Source: Vulcanimicrobiota bacterium (lineage in GTDB: Bacteria; Vulcanimicrobiota; Vulcanimicrobiia; Vulcanimicrobiales; Vulcanimicrobiaceae). From it: a DNA stretch of 64,000 bases. Shown here piece by piece: positions 8,805 to 18,760 of this stretch. Where the stretch lies: the NCBI GenBank assembly GCA_963724935.1, contig CAVRWK010000003.1:75697-139696 (forward strand), given 5' to 3'. The notes beneath the pieces are model-generated. The model was not told the origin of the DNA, ran no database searches, and saw nothing but the letters and a program-made list of their open reading frames with translations. Each line of letters starts with the position of its first letter. Positions within the stretch are counted from its first letter, which is position 1. A program made the position numbers and the translations under genes.

Positions 8805-10658
8805 CTATTCGACGGTGACGGTTTTTGCGAGATTGCGGGGCTGGTCAACGTCCTTGCCTTCGATGTCGGCGATGTGATACGCCAGCAGCTGCAGCGGAAT
8901 GACGTTGACGATCGGCGACAGCAGTTCGTCAACCTTGGGCACCCAGAAGACGTGGTCGGCGATTGCCGCCGCATCCTCGTCGCCGTAGTTTGCGACCACG
9001 ATGATGGGCGCTTCGCGCGCCTTCGACTCCATCAGGTTCGACAGCATCTTCTCCCGCACGCGATCCTCGGTCATGATGCCGACAACCGGCACCGTCGAGT
9101 CGAGCAACGCGATGGGGCCGTGCTTCATTTCCCCGGCCGGATAGCCCTCGGCGTGGATATACGAAATTTCCTTGAGTTTGAGCGCGCCTTCCAGTGCCGT
9201 CGGGAAGTTCACGAATCGTCCGAGGAACAGCACGCTGCGCGCTTTGCGAATCGATTTGGCGACCTTACGAATGTGCGGCGAGGTGTCGAGCACCACGTCA
9301 ACCGCGGCCGGCAGCAACTTCGTGCCCTCGGCGATCTCGCGCAGCCGCTCGATCGGAGTGGTACCGCGCAGACGGGCCAGATACAGTGCCAACAGCGTCA
9401 TCGCGGTCACTTGCGATGCGTAGGTCTTGGACGCGGCGACACCGATTTCGGGTCCGCCGCGGGTGTACAGCGTTCCGTCGGCCAGCCGGCTCAGGTGCGA
9501 TCCGAGCACGTTGCAGATGCCGAGCACGGCGCTGCCCTTTTGTTTGGCAATACGAACCGCTTCGATCGTGTCGGCCGTCTCGCCGGATTGCGACATCGCG
9601 ATTACCAGCGCGCTCGGATCGATCACCGGATCGCCATAGCGAAACTCGCTGGCGAGTTCGGGTTCGATCGGCAAACCGACCAGCGAACGCAACAGATACA
9701 TGCCGACCAGGCCGGCGTGATAGGCCGTGCCGCAACCGGTGACCGCGATTTTGCTGATGCTGCGCAGATAGTCTTCGCTGATGTTCCCGAGCTCGCGCCC
9801 GAGATGCACGTCACCGGCGCTGTCGATGCGGCCGGCCAGTGTCTCGTGAATGACCGACGGCTGCTCGAACACTTCTTTGAGCATGAAGTGTTTGTAGCCG
9901 CTCTTTTCGGCCGAGGATGCGTCCCACGTCACGGTAATCGGGTCGCGATGAATCGGCCGTCCGTCGTACGCGGTGAGCGTGTAGCCGTCGCTGCCGACGA
10001 CTGCAATCTCGCCTTCTTGTAAAATAATCTCTTTGCGCGTGTACGGCAGAATGGCCGGCGTATCGGAGGCCACGAACATCTCGCCCTCGCCGATGCCGAT
10101 CACGAGCGGGCTAGCGCCGTTCCGCGCGAACACCAGATGCTTGGGATCGTCGCTCGAGATGACGCCGAGCGCGTACGCGCCGCGCACTTCGTCCAACGTG
10201 CGCCGCACCGCACCGACCAGTCCGGCGGCCGGATCGTCCTTCAGATAGGTTTCGATCAGATGTGCGAGCACTTCGGTGTCGGTCTCGCTATTAAACTTGT
10301 GGCCGGCTTCGAGCAGGCGCGCGCGCAACGGCGAGTAGTTTTCGATGATGCCGTTGTGCACGACGGCAATTGCGGCACTGCAATCCAAATGCGGATGCGC
10401 GTTGGCATCCGACGGACGGCCGTGCGTCGCCCAGCGCGTATGTCCGATGCCCACGCTGCCGCGCAGCGTTTCACCGTTGCTCAGACGCTCGGCTAAACGC
10501 GACAGCTTGCCCTCGGCCTTCGAGCCGGCGAGTTTGCCGTCGGCGTCGATGACCGCGATGCCCGCGCTATCGTAGCCGCGATATTCGAGGCGTCCGAGCG
10601 CGTCGAGGATGATCGGAACGCTGTCCTTCGGGCCGATGTACCCGACGATGCCGCACAT
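8805..10658 (-). CDS. glmS: glutamine--fructose-6-phosphate aminotransferase
   Basis: 617-aa ORF starting MCGIVGYIG (N-terminal Cys nucleophile), with two SIS domains, ending ...NLAKTVTVE. Confidence 0.95.
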   Translation of the reverse strand: MCGIVGYIGPKDSVPIILDALGRLEYRGYDSAGIAVIDADGKLAGSKAEGKLSRLAERLSNGETLRGSVGIGHTRWATHGRPSDANAHPHLDCSAAIAVVHNGIIENYSPLRARLLEAGHKFNSETDTEVLAHLIETYLKDDPAAGLVGAVRRTLDEVRGAYALGVISSDDPKHLVFARNGASPLVIGIGEGEMFVASDTPAILPYTRKEIILQEGEIAVVGSDGYTLTAYDGRPIHRDPITVTWDASSAEKSGYKHFMLKEVFEQPSVIHETLAGRIDSAGDVHLGRELGNISEDYLRSISKIAVTGCGTAYHAGLVGMYLLRSLVGLPIEPELASEFRYGDPVIDPSALVIAMSQSGETADTIEAVRIAKQKGSAVLGICNVLGSHLSRLADGTLYTRGGPEIGVAASKTYASQVTAMTLLALYLARLRGTTPIERLREIAEGTKLLPAAVDVVLDTSPHIRKVAKSIRKARSVLFLGRFVNFPTALEGALKLKEISYIHAEGYPAGEMKHGPIALLDSTVPVVGIMTEDRVREKMLSNLMESKAREAPIIVVANYGDEDAAAIADHVFWVPKVDELLSPIVNVIPLQLLAYHIADIEGKDVDQPRNLAKTVTVE

Positions 10659-10676
10659 GTGTTTGCTCTCCCGGGG

Positions 10677-10949
10677 TTACTTGATGCCTTCGCGGGTGCG
10701 ATGGTATGCGATCTTACCTTCGGCGATTTCGTCGAGCGCGATCGAAACGGCCTTGTTCGGGTTGATCGAGTCCCTGTCAACCAGCGGCTCGCTGGCGAAG
10801 TACTCACGCCGCTCGGTCGTCGGCAGCTGCTGCACGCGGATCCAATTATTTAACTGGCGGGCGCGTTTCGTCGCGATATTAACCAAGCTGAACTTCGAGT
10901 CGGCGTGGACCAGCAGCGAATCGAGATCGCCGAAGACTGATTTTTTCAT
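10677..10949 (-). CDS. rpoZ: DNA-directed RNA polymerase subunit omega
   Basis: 90-aa ORF with the omega core SKFSLVNIATKRARQL, in the typical position downstream of gmk. Confidence 0.85.
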   Translation of the reverse strand: MKKSVFGDLDSLLVHADSKFSLVNIATKRARQLNNWIRVQQLPTTERREYFASEPLVDRDSINPNKAVSIALDEIAEGKIAYHRTREGIK

Positions 10950-10992
10950 GATAGTAAGGGTTACCTTATTCCGTTCGGTGTGCGCGTCCGCG

Positions 10993-11613
10993 CTATGAGC
11001 GTCGCACCTGATTCAGCGAGTCGTCGCTGTACCGGTGGATGCGAAAGCGTTCGGCTCGGAGGATCGCCTCCAAATCGTACTCCGCATCGTCTTGGCGGTC
11101 TTGTTCGTTGACCACGATGTAGTCGAATCGCCGGATCGACTCCATCTCTCGGTGAGCGATTGCGAGACGGCTCGCGATCTCGTCGTTCGTTTCGGTTCGC
11201 CGCGCGAGCAACCGTTCGCGCAGATGCGAGAAACGGCTTGGAACGAGAAAGATCAGTACTGCGTCTGGATATGCGGCTTTGATGGCCAGCGCACCATTGA
11301 CTTCGGGCTTGATAATGACGTCGTCACCCACCGCGACCGTCTGCTCGATGTAATCGCGCGGGGTGCCGTAAAGGTTGCCGTTATACTCGCGCGTCTCGAG
11401 CATCGCTCCGCAGTCCCGGCGCCGTTCGAACTCTTCCGTCGTAACGAAGAAATAGTGTTCCCCGTCGCGTTCGCCCGGGCGCGGAGCCCGAGTGGTGGCA
11501 GAAATCGAATAGCGAAGCCGCGGCAACTTGCTCAGGAGCGCTTCGACGAGCGTGTCCTTACCGGCACCCGAAGGGCCGGATACCACAAACAGTAGCCCTG
11601 GCCCGACGATCAC
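10993..11613 (-). CDS. gmk: guanylate kinase
   Basis: GTG start. P-loop VVSGPSGAGKDTL, plus SATTRAPRPGERDGEHYFFV and EYNGNLYGTP motifs. Confidence 0.9.
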   Translation of the reverse strand: MIVGPGLLFVVSGPSGAGKDTLVEALLSKLPRLRYSISATTRAPRPGERDGEHYFFVTTEEFERRRDCGAMLETREYNGNLYGTPRDYIEQTVAVGDDVIIKPEVNGALAIKAAYPDAVLIFLVPSRFSHLRERLLARRTETNDEIASRLAIAHREMESIRRFDYIVVNEQDRQDDAEYDLEAILRAERFRIHRYSDDSLNQVRRS

Positions 11614-11697
11614 GCACGCTCCCTAGTCAAGGTCAGCCCGTTCGATTCATGAATTCCGGCCCGGAAACCTGCCGGCGCGGCACGAACCAACTGCGCC

Positions 11698-13212
11698 GTG
11701 GTTACCGATTGGCTGCTAGTCCGACGTCTCGGACGCGAGCTCGAAGCCCGGCTGCGCGGCGGAAAAGTAACCGATGCCGGCGTACTGCCGGATGGCCGGA
11801 CGGCAATCGTGCTTCGGCGTGGCCCGAACGCTCGATTGCTCGTCTTCGATCCGTTCGGCTCGCCGCCGGCGGTCACGATCGAAGATGGCGAGCTGGGCAT
11901 TCTCGCCGAGCCCGGGTTCGTGCGGGCGTTGGCGACCTCTCTGCGCGGCACCGTACTCACCGCCGTGAAGGCGCGTCACGGCGATCGCGTGCTTCGCTGC
12001 ACCTTCTCCTCGCGTTCGCGCTTCGGCGTCGGCGACGAGTTCGACGTGTACGCCGAATTCGTGCCACGATTCGGCAACATTATTATGACGAAAGGCGAGA
12101 AGGTCGTCGCCGCCGCCAAGGAATTTTCACCGGCAGAAAACGCCCGGCGTAGCGTACAGGCCGGCCTGCCGTACGAGCTGCCGCCACTCCCGCCCAACGC
12201 CGGATCGATGCCGCGGACGTTGAGCGCGGCCGGCGTTACCGGCGAGACCTTCGAACGCGCTGTCGCCGAACCGGACGGCGGCGACCTGTACGTCTACCGC
12301 GAGGACGGAGCGTTGGTGCAAGCCCACGTCGTACCGTTGCCCTCGCTTGCCGGCGCGAATTGCTCTCGCGCATCGTCGTTGCTCGACGTGCTGGCCGAAT
12401 GGCGCCGCGAGCGCGCCGCCGGAGGAACGCGTCAAACCGAGTCTCGCCGCCGCGCCGCGCTGATCAAACGTTTGCGCGAACGCGCCGCAAAACTACAGAG
12501 CGAGCTGGGGTCGTTGGATTCCAAGCGGCGCCAATCAAGCGAACGCGATGCGCTTCGCACCGAAGGCGACTCGATTTACGCCACGTTGTACGAACTCGCG
12601 CCGGATCTGCATGACGAGGCAAAGGATCGCGCGGCGAAGCTCTTCGCGCGCTATAAGAAGCTCGGCGCGGCATTGCCGCATATCGAACGGCGCGAGATCG
12701 AAGTGCGCGCCGCGTTAGATGCAGCCGACTCCCTCGCGTGGGAAGCCGAACGAGCCGCACCAGAGGACGTTCCCGATGTCGAAGCCGCAGCCGCCCAGCT
12801 CGACGGACGCAACGTGCGAAAGAGCGCCGCACCTCCGGCGCGCAAACGGAAACGCGCACCGCTCGAGTTTCGTACGGAGGCCGGCTCGCGCATCGTAGTC
12901 GGACGTTCGCCAACCGAAAACGCCGACGTAACGTTTCGCATCGCTCGTCCTAACGATCTGTGGTTCCACACCCGCGGCATTCCAGGCGCTCACGTCGTGC
13001 TCGCGCGCGACGACCGCGACGAGCCCTCGAGCGACGACGTGCGGGCGGCGGCGTCGTTAGCCGCGTTTTATTCGAAAGGAAAAAACAGCGGTAGCGTTGC
13101 GGTCAACTACACCCAGCGTAAACACGTCCGCAAACAACAGAACGGAGCGCCCGGACTCGTGTGGTACACGCACGCGTCCACGGTCACCGTTTCGCCCGCA
13201 GATACGATCTAG
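11698..13212 (+). CDS. NFACT-family (RqcH/FbpA-like) protein with DUF814 domain
   Basis: 504-aa ORF (GTG start). It has an NFACT-N-like N-terminus, a central Arg/Glu-rich coiled coil and a C-terminal NFACT-R/DUF814 (VVGRSPTENADVTFRIARPNDLWFHTRGIPGAHVVL). Confidence 0.7.
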   Translation: MVTDWLLVRRLGRELEARLRGGKVTDAGVLPDGRTAIVLRRGPNARLLVFDPFGSPPAVTIEDGELGILAEPGFVRALATSLRGTVLTAVKARHGDRVLRCTFSSRSRFGVGDEFDVYAEFVPRFGNIIMTKGEKVVAAAKEFSPAENARRSVQAGLPYELPPLPPNAGSMPRTLSAAGVTGETFERAVAEPDGGDLYVYREDGALVQAHVVPLPSLAGANCSRASSLLDVLAEWRRERAAGGTRQTESRRRAALIKRLRERAAKLQSELGSLDSKRRQSSERDALRTEGDSIYATLYELAPDLHDEAKDRAAKLFARYKKLGAALPHIERREIEVRAALDAADSLAWEAERAAPEDVPDVEAAAAQLDGRNVRKSAAPPARKRKRAPLEFRTEAGSRIVVGRSPTENADVTFRIARPNDLWFHTRGIPGAHVVLARDDRDEPSSDDVRAAASLAAFYSKGKNSGSVAVNYTQRKHVRKQQNGAPGLVWYTHASTVTVSPADTI

Positions 13213-14499
13213 CCGGCCGACAGTTCCGCGCGGCGCAGAAGCATCGAGCGTTCCCGCGCGTTGCGCGTCAGGCCGGCAGCATGTTCGAAGGCGGTGCGCG
13301 CTTCGACCCTCCGGCCGAGCTTGAAGAGCAGATCGGCCCGAGCGCTGTGCACGAATTGGTAACTGCGTAGCGAGGGCTCGGTGACGAGTACGTCGACGAT
13401 CTCGAGTGCGGCTAGCGGACCGTAGGCCATGCCCACTGCAATAGCCCGGTTGAGGTCGATGACCGGTGACGGAGCGAGCTGAGCGAGCGCGTCGTACAAC
13501 GCGACGATTCGCACCCAATCGGTCTCGGATGCATTTTTCGCGCGAGCGTGACAAGCCGCAATCGAGCCTTGGAGCGCATACGGGCCAAGGGCAACGCCGA
13601 ATCGTTGGACGCGCTCGAGTGCCGCGAGGCCGCGCCCGATCAGCAAATGATCCCATTTCGAGCGGTCCTGATCCAAGAGTAAAATGGGATCGCCCGAAGG
13701 CGTCGTGCGCGCTCGTGTTCGTGAGGCTTGAATCTCCATCAGGGCCATGAGTCCGTGCACTTCCGGTTCGTCGCCAACGAGCGCCGCAAGCATCCGGCCG
13801 AGACGCAGCGCATCTTCGCACAGTGCCGGCCGCATCCACGCGTCGCCCGCCGTCGAACGCGTAGCCCTCGTTGAAGATCAAATAAACGACCTCGAGCACG
13901 GAGGCGAGCCGAGCGCGGCGTTCGCTCCCGCCGGGAACCTCGAAGGGAACTCGTGCCGCGGCCAGCGTGCGTTTCGCACGCACGATGCGCTGCGCGACCG
14001 TCGCTTCCGGTATGAGAAAGGCGCGTGCGATCTCGTCCGTCGTCAATCCGCCGAGAAGCCGAAGCGTGAGCGCGACGCGCGCTTCGGCCGAAAGGATCGG
14101 ATGGCAGGCAATGAAGATCAGACGCAGCAGATCGTCGTCGATCCGGCCGCCGTCGCGCTCGGCATCGATCGCTTCGAGCGCGCCATCGAGCTCGGCCTCA
14201 GGCGCGTTGTACAGCGACGTTCGATCTCCGTCGAGCTCGCGATATTTGCGGTCGCGTCGGACGTTGCGGCGAATTCGGTCGATTGCACGCCGCTTCGCGG
14301 CGGTCATCAACCACGCGGCCGGATTCCGCGGCACGCCCGACTGCGGCCATTGCTCGAGCGCCGCGACGAACGCGTCCTGCGCCAGTTCCTCGGCGAACCC
14401 AACGTCGCGAACGAACCGTGTGAGGCCGGCAATCAGCTTGGCCGATTCGATCCGGCAAACGGCTTCGATCGTGCGGCGGGTCTGGTCCGCGTCGATCAC
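13209..14499 (-). pseudogene. ECF-type sigma-70 factor with long C-terminal (DUF6596-like) extension, one frameshift
   Basis: The N-part is in ORF 13057..14499 (sigma region 2 RNPAAWLMTAAKRRAIDRIRR, region 4 GGLTTDEIARAFLIPEATVAQRIVRAKR, ...IFNEGYA). The C-part is in ORF 13209..13835 (MRPALCEDALRLGRMLA...). Skipping one T (plus-strand AA at ~13856) restores ...NEGYA-STAGDAWMRPALCE... Confidence 0.75.
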
Positions 14500-14515
14500 A
14501 TCAACCCCGTCGATG

Positions 14516-14941
14516 TTAGTTGTTCGGGGGCAACTGCTCGCGCCGTTTCACCCAGCTGTCCTTCGTTTCAGGCGTCAGTGCGGGGCCGAAGTCGTCTAGT
14601 TCGAAAATTTGGCGGATCTCGACCTCATCGCCGTCCTCAAACGGTGCGCGTTGCATCCACGCCACGATCTCGTCCTTCGACTTCGCCTGAAGTATCCAGA
14701 AGCCGCCGACCAGCTCCTTGGTTTCGGTGAACGGGCCGTCGGTGACGACCGGCGCCCTCGACCCTTGATAGCGGATGCGCGCTGCCTTCGAGGTCGGCTG
14801 GAGGCCGTCGAGCGCCAAAATCATGCCGGCCTTGGTCATCTCGTCGTTAAAGCGTCCCATCGCTTCCAGGTCTGCGGCGGTGGGCAGCGCGCCGTCCTCG
14901 TAATCGCGGCGGCCCGGTTTTACTAGCACCATGAATCGCAT
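14516..14941 (-). CDS. YciI-family (DGPF) protein
   Basis: 141-aa ORF with the motif VTDGPFTETKELVGGFWIL. GAAGGAGAG lies 4 nt upstream of ATG 14941. It sits immediately upstream of the ECF sigma gene. Confidence 0.8.
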   Translation of the reverse strand: MRFMVLVKPGRRDYEDGALPTAADLEAMGRFNDEMTKAGMILALDGLQPTSKAARIRYQGSRAPVVTDGPFTETKELVGGFWILQAKSKDEIVAWMQRAPFEDGDEVEIRQIFELDDFGPALTPETKDSWVKRREQLPPNN

Positions 14942-15011
14942 CGGTCTCTCCTTCGTTCGGCGGTTAACTAGCTACACGTCGAACGAGCACAGGCGAATTC
15001 GACACAACACG

Positions 15012-15992
15012 TCACGATTGTTTAGCTTCCGAACCCTTAACGACGAACATCGCATCTCCGAACGAGAAAAACCTGTAGCGTTCGCGCACCGCCTCTTCGT
15101 AAGCGTGCAACACCCGCTCGCGTCCGGCAAATGCGCTAACGAGCACCAGCAGGCTCGACTGCGGCAGATGGAAGTTGGTGATCAGGGCGTCGACCGCACG
15201 AAAGCGGTATCCCGGCGCGATGAACAGGCTGGTTCGCCCAACGCCCGGCGCGATGGCTCCGTCGTCGGCAGCACTTTCCAGCGCCCTCACAACCGTCGTC
15301 CCGGCCGCAACAACCCTACCGCCGCCGGCGCGCGCCGTCGCGATCGATCGAGCCGCAGCCGCCGGAATTTCGTAGTGCTCCGCGTGCATTTCGTGATCGT
15401 CGATTCGTTCGGCGGTCATCGGCCGGAACGTGCCCAGCCCGACATCGAGAACGATCCGCGCGATCGACACGCCGAGCGCTTCGATCTCGCGCAATAAATC
15501 GTCGGTAAAATGCAACGAGGCAGTCGGTGCGGCGACGCTGCCCGGCACCCGTGCGAATACGGTCTGATAACGACGTCGGTTTTCATCAGAGTCGTCGCGC
15601 ACGTAGGGCGGCAGCGGCAAACGTCCGGCTCGTTCGAGAAACGTTTCAAACGGCTCTTGTAATTCGAACTCGACCTCGCGCGCACCGTCGCCCAGTTCGG
15701 CCGTAACGTGCGCGCTACCGGACGCATCGAAGCGGATGCGATCGCCGGTATGCAACCGGCGGGCCGGCCGTGCCAGCGCGACCCAGCGCGAAGCGTTGGG
15801 ATCGAACCGCCCGCCACCGGCCGGATGCAACAGCAGTAGTTCGACCCGACCGCCGCTGGGTTCGCGCGAACCGAATAGTCGTGCGGCGATTACGCGCGTC
15901 TCGTTCAGCACCAGCACGTCGCCGGGACGCAGATACTGCGAGAGGTCCGCAAAATGGGCGTGTTCGATCGCATCGCCGTCGAGGACCATCAA
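15012..15992 (-). CDS. queA: S-adenosylmethionine:tRNA ribosyltransferase-isomerase
   Basis: QueA motifs (LVLNETRVIAARL, RVELLLLHP, LPLPPYV, YQTVFA, GSVAAPTASLHFT, AAGTTVVRALES, ITNFHLPQSSLL). The first canonical start is TTG 15992/ATG 15989, but the conserved N-terminus DAYRYELPPELIAQHPAERRDASR continues in frame up to ~16064 (see findings). Confidence 0.85.
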   Translation of the reverse strand: MMVLDGDAIEHAHFADLSQYLRPGDVLVLNETRVIAARLFGSREPSGGRVELLLLHPAGGGRFDPNASRWVALARPARRLHTGDRIRFDASGSAHVTAELGDGAREVEFELQEPFETFLERAGRLPLPPYVRDDSDENRRRYQTVFARVPGSVAAPTASLHFTDDLLREIEALGVSIARIVLDVGLGTFRPMTAERIDDHEMHAEHYEIPAAAARSIATARAGGGRVVAAGTTVVRALESAADDGAIAPGVGRTSLFIAPGYRFRAVDALITNFHLPQSSLLVLVSAFAGRERVLHAYEEAVRERYRFFSFGDAMFVVKGSEAKQS

Positions 15993-16077
15993 ACGGCTGG
16001 CATCGCGCCGTTCGGCGGGATGCTGGGCAATGAGTTCCGGCGGCAGTTCGTAGCGATACGCGTCGCTACGACGGTCG

Positions 16078-17079
16078 TCAGACGTTGCCGATCACCGTTC
16101 CGGGAAAATACCACGCTATGATATCGACTGCCGAGCGGCCCAGTGTCGCGAGGCCGCGCGCGCCCCACTGGCACAGCCCAACGCCGTGACCCAGGCCGGC
16201 TCCTTCGAACCACAACGACGGTGGTGACGGCGCTTGACGAACGCTCGTCACGAGCAGGCTGCGCAAAACGTGGCTCCCGACCAGTAGTCGAAACGTCTCG
16301 CCTTTGATCGTCACCATCCCGCGCTCGCAGGTGAGATCGAACCCGCGCGCGCGTCCGCTGGCATCGATGGATGAGACACGAAGATTTTGTACGGCACCGG
16401 ATGCATCGAGGCGTCTGCCGCACGCGCGAGTTACATCGTCGAGTGCGATCGTCGTCTGCCACCGGTAGTACGGCGAAGACGAGCAATACGTGCATGGCAC
16501 GCCGCCCAGGTACGGCAGCACCGCGCCGCCGCTCCATGCCTCAGCCGAGGATTCGGTGTGCCCCCCGCAGCACGACGAGTACGCGATCTGCGCGTACGCG
16601 TTGTTAAACTTCACCACTTGTCCGGCCGTCGCATCCACCGCAGCGCGTCCGGCCGGCGTTTCGCTCGAAAGACCGCTGTAGACTTGATCGGCTTCGGACG
16701 GAACCAAATCGTACGCTCGCTGCGGGTTGCTGCGCTGCAGCACGTACGTGCGCGCGCACAGCGCCTGCGCTTGTAACGCCGCGGCCGGCCACGACGGCGG
16801 CATTTCACGCGGCACCACCGAGTACAAATATTGCTCGACGTCGACCAGATTGACGATTTCACCGCTGGGCAGCCGCTGGAAGGCTCCGCGATACGAGCGT
16901 CCCGCAAACACGAATCCACCGCCGGGGGTCGGTTCGGCATCGCCCGACCCGAGTAGCACTCGCAACGCCGGGCGGGCGCTGTTGCTGGCCGGATCGACGT
17001 CGTCTTGCGCCTTCGCACGCAACGGCAGCGCGCACGTCGCCGCGACCAATCCTAAAAAGCGCGCGCGTGGTAGCGTCAC
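16078..17079 (-). CDS. SpoIID/LytB-domain protein
   Basis: 333-aa ORF with a signal peptide and SpoIID motifs (EQYLYSVVPREMP, ALQAQALCARTYVL, DQVYSG, YSSCCGGHTE, GHGVGLCQWGA). 4-nt overlap with the ruvB stop. Confidence 0.85.
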   Translation of the reverse strand: MTLPRARFLGLVAATCALPLRAKAQDDVDPASNSARPALRVLLGSGDAEPTPGGGFVFAGRSYRGAFQRLPSGEIVNLVDVEQYLYSVVPREMPPSWPAAALQAQALCARTYVLQRSNPQRAYDLVPSEADQVYSGLSSETPAGRAAVDATAGQVVKFNNAYAQIAYSSCCGGHTESSAEAWSGGAVLPYLGGVPCTYCSSSPYYRWQTTIALDDVTRACGRRLDASGAVQNLRVSSIDASGRARGFDLTCERGMVTIKGETFRLLVGSHVLRSLLVTSVRQAPSPPSLWFEGAGLGHGVGLCQWGARGLATLGRSAVDIIAWYFPGTVIGNV

Positions 17080-18137
17080 AGCAGCCGCTCTTGCACCGAC
17101 GGCGGCAACGGGACGCCCAAATGTTTGCGCGCCGCGTCGGTCGCGCGACGGCCGGATGCGGTGCGGATGACGAATCCTTGCTTGAGCAAGTACGGTTCGA
17201 CGACGTCTTCGAGCGTCTCGGCATCCTCGGTCAAGGTGGCGGCGATCGCGCCCATTCCGACCGGCCCGCCGCCATATTGCTCGAGGATCGTGCGCAGAAA
17301 GCCGCGATCCAAACGGTCGAGCCCCAACTCGTCGACGCCTTCGCGCGCCAACGCCTCACGCGCGACGCCGGCATCGATTCTGCCCTCGGCACGAACTTCG
17401 GCATAATCGCGCACGCGGCGCAGAAGCCGGTTGGCAACGCGGGGCGTCCCGCGGCTCCGCGCAGCGATCGTGTGTGCGCCTTCCGCGTCGATCTCGACGC
17501 CGAGAACGGCCGCCGACCGGCGCAAGATACGTTCGAGCTGCTCCGGTGCGTAGTAATCGAAGTGATGGACGATCCCGAACCGCTCGCGCAGCGGCGCCGT
17601 CAGCATACCGGCTCGCGTGGTCGCTCCCACCAGCGTGAAACGCTTGAGCGGCAGTTTCAGCGTCTTTGCGTACGCGCCGCGGTCGACCAAGAAGTCGATC
17701 TGAAAATCTTCCATCGCCGGATACAGAAACTCTTCCACGACGCGTCCGAGCCGGTGAATTTCGTCGATGAAGAACACGTCGCCGTCTTCCAACGACGTTA
17801 GAATGCCGACCAGATCTTTGGGTTTCTCCAACGTCGGTCCGCTGGTCGGGCGAAAGTTCGCGCCCATTTCGCGCGCCAACAATCCCGCCAACGTCGTCTT
17901 TCCCAGACCCGGCGGACCGTACAGCAGAACGTGTTCGAGCGGCTCTCCCCTCCGCTTGGCGGCGTCGAGCGAAATGCGCAAGTTCTCGACCACCAAATCT
18001 TGACCGACGTAGTCGTCGAACGAACGCGGACGCAAACTCGCGCCGTAAACTTCGTCCTCGAGCGTGTCCTGCGGGTCGACGACGCGCTCGGCATCGTCGG
18101 GACCGAGCAGGCGGTGGCGCGCGTCTCCTTCGGTCAT
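17076..18137 (-). CDS. ruvB: Holliday junction branch migration helicase RuvB
   Basis: Walker A GPPGLGKTTLA, Walker B VFFIDEIHRL, sensor region ATTRAGMLTAPLRERFG. Confidence 0.95.
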   Translation of the reverse strand: MTEGDARHRLLGPDDAERVVDPQDTLEDEVYGASLRPRSFDDYVGQDLVVENLRISLDAAKRRGEPLEHVLLYGPPGLGKTTLAGLLAREMGANFRPTSGPTLEKPKDLVGILTSLEDGDVFFIDEIHRLGRVVEEFLYPAMEDFQIDFLVDRGAYAKTLKLPLKRFTLVGATTRAGMLTAPLRERFGIVHHFDYYAPEQLERILRRSAAVLGVEIDAEGAHTIAARSRGTPRVANRLLRRVRDYAEVRAEGRIDAGVAREALAREGVDELGLDRLDRGFLRTILEQYGGGPVGMGAIAATLTEDAETLEDVVEPYLLKQGFVIRTASGRRATDAARKHLGVPLPPSVQERLL

Positions 18138-18760
18138 GCCGGCGCCTTCGACGACTTCCGGCGGTAAATCTCCGCCAGCAAACGTTCGGAGTCGTCGATC
18201 GACGGATCGGCTTCGAGCGTTTCGCGGATCATCGTTTCGGCTTCGACGCGTTTATATTCGAGTTGCAGTAGCACCGCGAGTGCCTCGCCCGCGAAGTCGG
18301 GCATGGGCGGCGGCGGCGTCTGCGGCGCGTCTTGAATCAACAAGAACTTTGCGACCTTGCCTTGCAGCTTTGCCACGATGTCGCGCGCCTTCTGCTGTCC
18401 GATCCCTGGCAGCGTTTTCAGAAAGGCATGGTCGCCGCGATCGATGGCCCGCGCGATCACCGACATCGGTTGCGAAAACGCGCGGGCGGCCGAGCGCGGA
18501 CCGATCGAAGCAACACTCAACAGCGATTCGAAAAACGCGCGCTCGATCGGATTGGTGAACCCATAATAGGTAAAGCGGCCGCTGTTGCCGTCCATGCTGA
18601 GCACCGCAAAAATTTCCAGCGTTACCCGTTCGCCGGGATTGCTCGGGATTTTTTCGGCGATGCACGGCGGCAGCAGAATTTCATAGCCCAAGCCGCCGGC
18701 GCCAACCACCGCGCCCTCGTGCGTGCGTTCGATCAGCGGTCCGTCGATGCGCGTAAACAT
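18134..18760 (-). CDS. ruvA: Holliday junction DNA-binding protein RuvA
   Basis: ORF 18134..19129 trimmed to ATG 18760 (MFTRIDGPLIE...), which overlaps the ruvC stop. HhH region LKTLPGIGQQKARDIV. ATGA overlap with ruvB. Confidence 0.9.
   Translation of the reverse strand: MFTRIDGPLIERTHEGAVVGAGGLGYEILLPPCIAEKIPSNPGERVTLEIFAVLSMDGNSGRFTYYGFTNPIERAFFESLLSVASIGPRSAARAFSQPMSVIARAIDRGDHAFLKTLPGIGQQKARDIVAKLQGKVAKFLLIQDAPQTPPPPMPDFAGEALAVLLQLEYKRVEAETMIRETLEADPSIDDSERLLAEIYRRKSSKAPA

Noticed and set aside
8469-10022. 517-aa plus-strand ORF opposite glmS and rph
   Set aside because: It is antisense to two unmistakable housekeeping genes, with Arg/Gly/Asp-biased composition and no motifs. The same reasoning applies to other long shadow ORFs (44699..46474 minus opposite the TBDR; 28650..29765 and 30149..31243 plus; 24325..25458 plus; 17067..17801 plus).
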